Position numbers and translations under genes: made by a program. From Amoebophrya sp. A120 (Eukaryota > Protista > Dinoflagellata), in the NCBI GenBank assembly GCA_905178155.1, contig CAJINV010000003.1, positions 1,793,557 to 1,857,556 on the forward strand: a stretch of DNA of 64,000 nt. Reading direction: 5' to 3'. The first letter of the stretch is position 1. Each line of letters begins with the position of its first letter. The notes under the pieces were generated by a model. It made no database searches and was not told the DNA's origin. It was given only the letters and a program-made list of their open reading frames with translations. Below are positions 33,210 through 44,400 of the stretch, in pieces.

Positions 33210-34097
33210 TCACGTTTTTGTTACTACGCAACCTTCATAGCAATACACTGGTATGGATTTGAACTTTTCCACTTTCGTTGGAGCCACGTTTTCGATAGGC
33301 AGGCGAAACACATACGACACAACCTTGCATTTTCTCGTCGTCAGCGCCGTTTCGAGCACATCCACGATGTGCTTCATGCCCTCCGGAACCAAGTATACGA
33401 AAAATATTGTTCCAGTTTCGGCAATTTCTGTCCGAAATCCGCATACATCAGCGAGCAGCAGCTCGGGGCGGAGCGTGTTTTCATTTCCGCTATTTGGTGT
33501 TTCTGTATCTGTTAAAGTAGTTTGAGAAGATCTTCCAAAGCGCATCGCCGCTAGTACCTGGCCGGCAGCTTTCGAAGACAGCACGGCGCCCTCTCTGTCT
33601 TTGACCAGGTATTCTCCGCTCGTGGCCGCAGTTTCTTCTTCAAGAATCGCCGGCGCAGTAGATGAGGTTGAACATAACGCAGCAGGAGTTCTTGTCTTGC
33701 CGTGAAGTAGCTGACAGCTTTCTAGCCGCTCCTGTGCCTTCTCGAACAAAACGGGATCGTACTCTATCCCGATGGCCGCTCGTGGTAGTCGGTCCGCAAA
33801 GCGCTTGACGAAAGCACCCACTACACGGCCGTCACCGCAGCCAAGATCGAAAAACACGTCACGGTCCGTCACACCCGCGCCCTCCGCGTAGAAATCCAGC
33901 GCCAGCTGAATCACTTCGTCGCTTGTCGGATTAAACGGCGCTAGCTTTGGCCCGGAGCAAAGGGCGGGGTCCCCAATCTTGGGCATTGTCTTCGTTCCAT
34001 GATCCGCTGTCTCGGGGGGCGGGGCGCCGTAGGGATTTGCGGCAGCACCACTCGGTACCGGAGCGGAAGAACCGCCACTAGTACTAGGGGATACCAT
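33210..34097 (-). CDS. Class I SAM-dependent methyltransferase (FAM173/DOT1-like lysine MTase group)
   Basis: APFNPTSDEVI, FFDLGCGDGRV (motif I), GIEYDP, FFVYLVPEGM, VVSYVFRLP. Confidence 0.8.
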   Translation of the reverse strand: MVSPSTSGGSSAPVPSGAAANPYGAPPPETADHGTKTMPKIGDPALCSGPKLAPFNPTSDEVIQLALDFYAEGAGVTDRDVFFDLGCGDGRVVGAFVKRFADRLPRAAIGIEYDPVLFEKAQERLESCQLLHGKTRTPAALCSTSSTAPAILEEETAATSGEYLVKDREGAVLSSKAAGQVLAAMRFGRSSQTTLTDTETPNSGNENTLRPELLLADVCGFRTEIAETGTIFFVYLVPEGMKHIVDVLETALTTRKCKVVSYVFRLPIENVAPTKVEKFKSIPVYCYEGCVVTKT

Positions 34098-35443
34098 GAT
34101 GTTCTGTTGCGACGCTGTCGCTGGATACCACTACTAGTACCTCCGGAAGGTCAATAAACCGCAAGACTGTAGTACACTCAAATGGAAGTGATGAGGTGTT
34201 CATTGATTTTGTTTTTGTCTAGGAGCACGAAGTGCAACTTCTGCAACTACAGTGCCTACTTCTAATGGGCCTGATACATGATTTGGCGAGTTGTTTGTGT
34301 TCCTCACAAAAGTTTTAGTCAGCGCATATACACACTGTATGTTCCTCTTTGCTGAATTTCGTGATGGTAAGGAGGTGATACTTTCTCTTCGCTCCCTGGA
34401 CCTTTGCGTTTGATCGTGGCGGCTCAAGGCGATATCAATGCTGTTCAAGGAGCAACCCACACGACCTCCTCATACGGACCCATTCTGGGATAAGGGTGAA
34501 GATCACGGCCTTTTAGCGGTTGGCATTGATTGCCCTGCACCAGAAAGAGAAAAGACGTATCGGTCGTGGTTTTATCTTCATTTTCGTTCTTGCACTTGCA
34601 CCGCTACTTTCCTACGTTGCAGCCTTGCACCAGCACCAGTAGTACTTTATTGCGTCGCAAACCCGCAAACAAGTGCCACCCTGGTGACGATGAAGACGAG
34701 AGCAACTGGGCCATCCTCCTTCAGCTGCATCTGGTCTTCGGAACTCCCTATCCGCAGCTGTGCTCCTCCTGGATGGTGGCGTCTCGTCTGATTGAATTCA
34801 TTCGTTCTACTTGTGCTACGGATTGGTAACAGGATCAGTTCAGCAAAAAGTTTTTCATACGCACGCATACGCATGTTCATACGCTTTCGCTGGCAAGGAC
34901 GACCTCATACGTTGGTGCCCCACGGCCGTTGCTTACTGTCAAGAACTGAAACAACCGTAACGGTAACGGATGCAACATTCACATTCATCTGATGTTTGAT
35001 AATCGGATAATTGTTAAGAGGATTTCTAGGAAAGTCTGCAACGTCAAAATTGTCAAAGAAAGTTCAAGAAAAACAGACCGAGCAAGTGTCCATAGGACCT
35101 TGAAGAAGATCACTTAGAGCGGAACCCTACGCCTATAGAATCTCTCGACATTGTACAATGGGACAAAGCTGCAGGGTTCTCGCTAGACATTCAACTGCAT
35201 GATGTTGCATTGTTTTGGTAATTGATGGTCTAGTCAGTGCAAGTGCTTCTAGTACGGCTAGGGACAGAGGCGGAAGAAAACATCATACATACATATACAA
35301 TGTGGTCGACACCACGAACAGTTCTACCTAACGTAACCCGCCTCTATCTGGGATGAAAATGAGTGAATTGAAACGGAAATATTAACATCTTGTTCTCCTC
35401 ACTCGATTAGGACTACATGGACAACCACATCCTACTCCTAGTC

Positions 35444-38400
35444 CTACATCACATTTCCGAGTATCGAGTTCGCGGTTCCTCCGATCGAGTTGCCAACGGA
35501 CCCCAGTCCCGTAATGCCTTGCTGGCCCAGGTTTCCGAAAGTACTGCCGACACTGCCCAAAGCCCCGGACACGTCTCCGTTCGTGAGCTGCGTACCCAGG
35601 CCGCCCGCAAAGTTCGCCGCATCAACACCACCCTGGCCAGCCAGCTGAGCCCCCTGCCCCGCCAGCGCAGCTGCGTCTTTTCCTAGTCCCACCGCGCTTT
35701 CCGGTGCGTTGCTCAAGGCGGTGCCGGCGGCGCCGACCGCATTCCCTGCTCCGTGCGCAGCATCTCCCGCGGCGGCGGCTCCCTTTGACAGAATGTTCTT
35801 GTCCTGCGCGTTCATCAAGGCGCTTTGGTGCCCGTCCTCCGTTTCTGGTGGGGGGTTGTGCGCCATGCGCAACTTACAGCGGGCATTCGCGTTTCGGCCG
35901 CAGTAGCACCCTATCAAATGCAGAAGTGTCTGGGTCTGGAAGGATACAAGGTTTGTCATGTTGGAAGGCTAAGGGCAGGGCGTCCCATTCGTTTATAAAC
36001 TTAAAACGGTAGCCACCTACCCAGCAAACTCTGAGTGGAATAAGCACGGGCAAAGCGATCTCTACCGAGAGACAGTCACAAGAGCTCCTGGGACGGCTGC
36101 GGGATGAGCTTTGTAGCCATCTGAGTAGGGATAACTTTGCCGGCAGATACAAGGTTTGTCATGCACATTTTGCAAGAATCCTGATGTCTGCGATGCATGC
36201 CCTAGCATCACAGATTATGTGAGGGCTTTCTGATTCCTATGCCGCATGAGAAATGCCCTCTCGCCGTGGCCAAAACCAGACCTCTTTTGCTGTTCATGCA
36301 ATACAGATTTTTGGATAATGCAGACGCAGCATCACAAGCTGCAATCTTCCAGACCCAGACATATTTGCATTTGATACACCCGAGCCGCGGCTCGGTCCGA
36401 AATTCGAACATGCACCCGTGCGGGTACTTGTCCTTTGGACAGTTCCGGTCGGACGTCGTGTTACTCAAATGCCCGTTGTTGTCGTCGTGAAAGGCACACT
36501 CGTGATCGGACATCACCTTGGTCGCGCAGTCGTCCCGTAACGCTTTCATGACGCTCTCCTCCTCTTTCGCAAGCTGGTCGCGGAAGTGCTTCAAGCCGTC
36601 CTTCTCCAGGCCGTCGAGAACTTTCAAATTATAGCCGATCGTCTGCCCGAGCGGCATGCCGACGCCCCCGACTACGTGCTCTTTGATCACGTCATTGGAG
36701 AAAAGATCTGCATCTACTTCTGGTTCTGCGAATGAGGTACTACAAGACGCAGGACTCTTGTTGTTCTTCATGTTCATTCGGTCTCCTGCTCCGCTGGACG
36801 CTGTATAAAAGCTGGTTGTGGAAGACGACGACCTCAATCGCGGTGTTGTTCTCGAGACCACGGGTGACGGGGCCGTACCGCCCCCTCCGCTGACCATGTC
36901 TGCGAAGAGCGCACCGATTCGTGAAGACAAAGCCTGGGTTACGCGACCAACCGTAAGCGCCGAGGCCGACAGCTGAAAGGCGGCGCTTAGTGCTGTCGCG
37001 GTGTTACCACCAGATGATCCCGCCATGTGTAGCATGTCGTATTGCGCGTTACCGTCGCTGTGCAAGAAGGATGTCGTACCACCCAGCAAATGCGACGCGT
37101 CGTGCTCGTCATGTGTATCATGCACGAAGTCAGAACCGGAGAAAAAAGACGATCTTGATACAGTGCCGCTCGTCGGCTTGAGCTCCTGGGCACACCCAGA
37201 CGCCGAACCTTTCACCCATGGCGAAGCGAGCTCATCAGAGGAAGAAAAGAATGTGGTGGAGGAGTACTGGTGCTTTTGGGATCGCCGGCCGCGGCCAGCA
37301 AAACTTTTTACTCTTTGCGAACCCGTATCTTCGTGAAGTGGTGAGATATTTGAACAAGATGATGTGGAAAAATAGTCCACGTACGACGAACGTGTCGGAA
37401 GAAGAACCGAACCCTCCTTCTTTGCGCCTCTATTCGCGACTGGTCCTCCTGTAGTTCCCGATGTGCTTAAGAAACTACTCGAACCTGCTGCTGTAGTGCG
37501 GAACGTGGTGGAGGGGACGCTGTCAGGTTCTTGCAAAGAACCTCCTTGCGTCGTCGAAGGTTTCAGATCGTCGCCAGCACCTCCGCCCCGCGCAGCCGCG
37601 TCTGCATGATCCACTCCTTCGCGAAGATTCTTCGTAGATCGTTGCGTCTCCACCATGGCAGTGATGTTGGTTGGAAGTCCCATGCTTGCCATGGGATTCA
37701 TGGAGGGCATGCCACCGCTCAGCGGGTTAGACATCATACCTCCTGGCATTCCGCCCAAAGGGTTTGACATTCCGCTAAGCGGGTTCATTGAGGACATGTA
37801 CCCCTGCGCAGCGGCGGTTGCCTTCTGTTGCGCGGCTTCGGGGGAAAGCGCTGCGGGGTCAAGACCTTGCTGGGCCGCCAAGGCTGCGGGATCTAGGTTC
37901 GTCGGCAGGTTTTGCGCCAAATTCGCCCCTGCAGCAGCTCCTCCAGCACCGGGAACTACCGGAGTGGTCGGTGGGGCCTCTGGCAGCTCCTCTTCCGGCT
38001 CCAGGGTTTCCAAGAGCGCTTCGGCGACGTTCTCCTGCTTCGGAACCGCGTGAAATTGCTGCAGTGCGTTTCCGTCTGCGAATCGCATCACCCGCTGGTA
38101 GTCTTCGTCCTTGATCAGACCCAGGGCAATCTCCGCTTTGATGGTGGCCTCGCCCGGGTAGAGGGAAAACACGCTCGTCGCACTCTTGTACGTGGCGGGG
38201 ATCTGCGTTTCGTCCACCTCGTGGTCGCCCCACAGCGGCACGCCGAACTTGTCGTAGGTGGGCGTCGGCACGGGCTTGGTCACCCGGTACACGTTGGTTC
38301 CGAGCTCCTGACGGGAGGCGTCGTCGATCAACAAACTCACGCCGCCGGCACAGTCGGCGTTGTCGATCCTTCCGCACACGCAGGCCTCCTGACCCACAGC

Positions 38401-41400
38401 AGTGCGGAAACTGAAGTACTTGGTCGTCCCACTTCCGCACTCCGGGTCGGCCCCGGCCAAGACAGCGCACCTGTAGTAAAAAGCACCAGATGATTTTTGA
38501 TTCGTACTTGACTTCACTTGCAAGTCATGATCTACAGAAAAAAAAACTCGCGCGGCGTCGTGCCACTTCATGTAAAAGGTTTTTGACTACTAGTGTCCGA
38601 AGCCAAAAAATGACCTCCACTGAGCCTGACTCTGTATGTGCTTACAGGAAAGAAAAAATGGTCAAAAAGAAACTCAGTACAGCTCTGGGGTTTTCGCGCC
38701 TGGTAGAAGCTTCACGTCTGTGGTTCCGTCGCCACATTTGAGGTCCTTGGCGACTTCCTCGAACAGTTGCTTGGTCCGGAACTTTTCGTCGATGGTGCCG
38801 CCGCCGTTGGGGCGGTCGCAGCGCCCATTGTTGATCGCGGTGACGCATGTGGCCGACGTCACAGGCTCCCCCTCGTGGTTCGCGATGTTGACGGCCCCAC
38901 TTTCCGGCGAGAGCTTGTGGCAGCAGTGGTTTCCATCCTTGGTCAGATGGGACGCACACGTCGCCTCGTCTTGGCTCATTTGGCACAAGTTTGCCGACAA
39001 GGGACCCTCCCCACCAGCGTAGCTGAGGTCGAAACCCCCGGGTGGCTGGGGGTTCCAGCCAAGTGCGGGCGGGTGGTCCACGTCTTCCGCGGTGTCCAGC
39101 GGGGCTTTGGAGGCGACCGTGTCGGTAAATTCCTCCGGGTCGCCGTACCACTGCAGCGTGTCGTCCACATGCGCGTTGGGATCGCGCCACGTGCGCTTCT
39201 CCAGCACCCACTGCGGCTTCGCGGGTGCGGGTGCTGCCGCGGCCTCCTCGCCTTCGCCCGCTGCCTCCGTCTCTGCTGGCGGCGGTGCCTGCTCCACCCG
39301 GACGCGGAACAATGCCTGTTTCTTCAAGTCCTCGCTCTCTTCCAAAGCCCAGTACTGCGGCGTTTCCCCAACCGCGGCAACTTTTTTGTAGCGGCCAAAC
39401 GGTGGCTGTGGCTCGGGGGTAGTTCCTCCAGCAGCTCCTGCAGTTTTTAACATTGCTTTCGAACCTGGTGCCGCATTCGCAGAAGCGGTGTCTCCAGTAC
39501 CGGTCGCATCTCCCGTGGCCGCTGTGGTTTGATCGGCCGCAGCTGTTCCCACTTTTGCTGCACTTGCTCCTGCATCTGGTGCATCTCCGTCGCCTTCTGC
39601 AAAGTCTGTTTTACTTTTGCGAGCTTTTCTCTCCAACTTTTCGTGTATCGGCCAGTTGCTAGAGGACCCGGACATGAGTGGCCGCTCGTCTCGGTGCGGG
39701 GATGACAGACTTGAAGAACTTTTACTTTCTGAAAGAGCTGAAGCGGTTATTGAGCGCGGGGCGACTTTTTCCACTGACACTTCAAGCGCCGAAGTCGTTC
39801 CCGCGGCGGCCGTTCCGGCTTTAGCTCCTCCTGCACTTCCGCCCGCTGCGTCAGTAGTACCAGTCGGAGTTGCTCCACCTGCACCACCTTTGCCGTCACC
39901 AGCTACCTGTCCGCCCCCATCTGCGCCGGCGCCCGAGCCTCCGTCAGCACCAGCACCAGCTGCTGCAGCCAGAAGCCCACGCGCCGCACCCCCGGCTTTG
40001 AGTCTGAGATCCAGGATTGGATCAGTGCCTCCTTCCTCCTCCCCGTTGTTGAGCTGACACTTGAGGTAGTACGCCGGTGGGCCTTTGATGCACGTGGTTT
40101 TGCAACGATGCATCAGTTTCGCCAGCTCCTCCTCGTCTTTCCACTGGGAGTTCCATCCCTGCGCCTCGTCGCGCACGTCTTGCTCCTTCTGGTCCGCGGT
40201 TTCGGGGTCGAGCAACTTCGCGATTTCGAACTTGAGTTGCTTCTGCGGATCCGTTTCCAGGGGCACGGAGGTGATCTCGCACACCGCGCGACCGGTCGTG
40301 TCCCGGGTACCGCCCGGTGCGAGCGCGTCCAACCGCGACCGTGCCTTGGCGACGGTTTGATGCACACTGTCCACCATGTCCTCGCGGATGACGCAGTACG
40401 ATTTGTCCACGTCGGGCTCTTTGCCGACCCAGAACGACTGATCCTTCACCCAGCACTGCTCGTGGCGGGCCGAGGAGGTGTCAGTCCCCAGGCCCCGAAG
40501 CTCCGCATCGTCCATGCTTCCCATTAGCTCGCAACTCATGCCGCCAGCACCTGGGTGGAAGTTAGTTGGACAGTATAGAAAGTCAACGAACTACTTACTA
40601 CAACGCGAAAGAGCGACCAGTACTAACTGCTACCGGTACCGACAACACAAATCTAGCTAGCGCTTGGAATGACTACAAGTGTGAAAACTACAACTTCACT
40701 CAGTATTTAGTATTTTTTTAAGAGTCCAGACTTGGACCTTTCTACCAGGTCCAGGTTTGGAAAGAATCTCCAAGTTTCTTTTTTATACCTTTCAACATTT
40801 TTGTTTGCATGCCCGCGAAGTCGACGGTGATGCCTTTTTCCGCGTTGTACCCAGATTCCGGTGGCAGGAAGTTCTGGGGCTCCGGGTACACGGTTGGGTT
40901 TTTTGCCAACACGCGCATTGTGGTGGATGCCTTGTCTGCCGGCCAAGTCGGTACCACCGTCGGGTGAGAGGCCTCGGCGTCCGTCCACTTCAGTTCTTCG
41001 AGCTGCCACGGCGACAACGGATCCCCCTGCTTGCCCTGCACCAGCCGATAGCCCTTAGTTGGCCCCGCCGCTGCGGTCGCTCCGGTGTCGTCGCCGCCTC
41101 CTCCGGTTGCAGCCGGCGGGCTTCGCGGCATCACTTTTTCCCACCAACCCGGCTTCTTCGGCAACGCCAGTGTCACAGATGGCGGCACCACGGGATCTTT
41201 CGGGGGTTCACCACTAGAATCCACGACCGCAGCTTCAGGCCCGTTCTTCTCGGTATCCGCACCGGCTGCAGCTGGTGTGCCTCCATCGTTCGAAGCTGCA
41301 GTCCCAGTAGCCGCGGCCGCTGTCCCAGACGAGCCTTCTGCTGTAGTTGTTGTCGTGGCTGCACCAGTATTTCCGTCGCCTTCAGCGAAGCTTGTGGTCA

Positions 41401-44400
41401 GTCCCTCTGCTCGCGCCTCCGTTGAGCTTGAAGAACTACTTTGCAAATTAGGTTGCAGGACGTCAGCGGGCGGGCTCTTCAATAATACGCGATCTTTTTC
41501 CTTGATGGCGTGCATTTGCTCATTGAGCTTTTTTGCAGATGCCAAGCCGACATTTCTCTCAGAGCCTATTTCGAGCTCGCTAGTAGCTGTACTGGGCGCC
41601 GCCCCCGTCGTTCCTGCACCAGCCACTGTACCTGCACCCTCGGCCGTTGACGCTGCAGCTGCTCCTTCGCCCCCACCTCCCTCTGCCGCCGCAGTACTAC
41701 CTGTAGCTGCAGCCGCTCCCGCAGTTCCTCCACTAGCAACGCCTTCTTCTGCTTTTGCTACCTCGGCCTTCGGGGTTGGGTGGAACACGTATGTCCCCGA
41801 AGCTTCCGGAAAGCTTGCGACGGCCACCTTGACGGCGTAGCTCGGCTGGAGTAAGTCAATGCCTTTGCACTCCGGATCGTACGCGCACTCGTGGATGCAT
41901 CGGGTCATCAATTTGTTTCGCGGTTCCAGCTGGTCCGGCCCGAGGACTTTTGGGCGCAGCATTTTCGGTTGGTTCGCCGTTTTGCCAGGAAGTGGCTTGC
42001 CGGGCATGCAGGTTCGGCCGTGGATCTCGAAGCCCTCGGTGCTCGGCGGCGGGACGTCCTGAACGTCGCGCGATTCTGCTTGCTCCTGGTCGACGATGCT
42101 TGCCAGGGAAAACAATGAGCTGAGTGGCGCATTTGTTCCGCTCGATCCGCCCTCATTAGCGCAGTGCCCAGGTTGGTTTGCCGGTATACAACAATGACTG
42201 ACGTCGGTTTCCGTGCATTCCGGGCCGGCACACAGCGCCTCGCAGTTCAGCTTTGGTGTCGTCTCCGGACACTGCATCTTGAACCCATCCCGCTCCGGTA
42301 GGTTCTCCCCGCGAAAGTAGAGCCTGCACGCCATGTTCTCATAAGGCTTCGGGGGTTCTTCGGGCACCTCTTTCTCCGGTAGTTCTTGAGGCGTTAATTC
42401 GTCTTCACCAATGCGCTGTGAGAGTTTCTGTGATATGCGCCGATAGTGGTTGCCTAGCTCCTCGATTTCCTTTGCAAAAGGAAACGCTTTAAGGTTGTTC
42501 ACTATCTTGTACTCCTTTAGCCTCTCCCCGACCAACGTTTTGCACTTGACGGACTGAATATCACCATCAGTGCTACATTCTTCGTCAAGCTTTTGCTGTA
42601 CGCTCCTCTCGTCTTTTGGTGCATCTCCAGTTCCTGCACCTGTAGAAGCATCATCTGCAGTTCCTGATCCTACATCAGCACCTGTCGTTCCTGCTCCTCC
42701 TGCACCTGCAGTTCCTGCTCCTGCAGCACCTGCAGTTCCTGCTCCTGCAGTGTCTGTTCCTGATCCTGCAGTGTCTGTTCCTGATCCTGCATCTGCTGCA
42801 AACGCAGTGAATATTTTTTTCCCCGTTCTGGTTGGAGAAGATGCCGACACCAGCGGCTCTTCCGCGAGCACGACGGGGTGGGAAGGACGCAAATAGTCCT
42901 TTCGCTTCGCGCATCCGCTTCCTAGAGTTCCTGATCTCGCGCCGGCCCCCCTCCTCGTTCTCTCTCCCATCGCGGCATACGGGAACGGGATCTCGAGAAG
43001 ACCAATGACGCCTTTCACTTTGGAAAGGTTAAAGGGGTCCATGCTTTTCAAGGAGTCCAAGTTCAGGCTCTTCGCCTTGGTGGAGTCCTCTCCCGCCGCA
43101 TTCGTCAAGCCAAGGTCCGCCTTGGTGGGATCAAAAGCGTTCGAACCGACGATATCGACGGGATTGGCCATGGTGCCTAGGTTTAAACCCACTGTGCCAA
43201 CGTTCCCAGTCATCTTGTCCGCCAGACTCTGGACCTGGTAGTTCTCAACGATTTTGATCTTATGTTTGAGGCGAGATTATCCCTTGCAAAAGTACCATAC
43301 CGCTATACGGTCGTTGCACCGTGCATAGCAAAGATTCTAATTATTTGAAATTTTGTTTCATCTTGAGTTGATCCACCCAAGAACATGCTGCTATTAAAGG
43401 CACATACTCACATCAAGATCGTTCGCAGTTGCGATGCAGTGCCGGATTTCGCAGCACATACAGTGCGATCATTACGTACTTACTTTTGCACGGGATAAAA
43501 AATCTAGTTCTGCGTCAGCCTCTTCGTAATCCTCCGGATTCACCGAACACTGCCAGCCTTGTTTTCCCGGCAGCGCTTCGTACTTTCGCTTTCGGTGTTC
43601 GTAGGCGTGCTGAGCCATCAGACCCGCGCCTGCTAGAGCGGCGATCCCGGCTCCGCCGAGCAGCATTTTTTGAGCCAGAGAAGAGTTCTTCAAGGCGTTG
43701 TACATCGCGCCCGCCTTGCCTGCTGCATACTCCGCCGCTCGACGAAGCCTGGACTTCTCCGTCTGTTTGAGTTGTGGGACAAGATGAAAAAGTGATGACT
43801 CTGTAATGCAGGGTGCTGTGGTGTCATCTTGAAATTGATGTCGATCAATACATATGCAATCCCATCGTAGTTCCGTAGTTTGTTCCGTATAGAAAACTAA
43901 ACATGAAGAGTCATCAAAAAACACAGCTTTACCGCTTTCTGCAGTGCTAATGCAGTATTTGCGGCCTCCGCTTCCTTTCGCTCGCGTTGCATGAGGTCTT
44001 TGCTCTGGAGCAGATTCCCTTCTTGCAGGTTTTTGCCGACGTCCTGAATGGCTGTCTTGATCTCGTTCATTTTGTCAATCATTTTCTCCAGCTTTTCAGC
44101 GTCGCCCGTTCGATGCCTCCCGGGTCCACACACTTTATTCACGGCACCTGAGCCTGCCGATGTGCTCCCGGCGCCTCCCAATTTGACGACTGACGCTGGT
44201 GTTCCAGCCCCTCCAGCCAGGGCGCCGGCCATAACACCACCAGCACCAGGAACCGGAGGAGGTAAGGGTGACGGTCCAGCACCGATCGACGAGCCAGTTG
44301 CTGCTGCTTCCGCAGGGCCGGCAGATGCAGGTGGAGCAGCAGCACCTGCAGCCGCTGGAGATGCTGGTGGAGCAGCAGCAGCACCTCCAGCCTCCTGCGG

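Noticed and set aside
34100-35440. Possible small gene between the methyltransferase and the giant gene
   Set aside because: Only a short exon-like GC-rich patch (~34620-34790); no supportable gene model.
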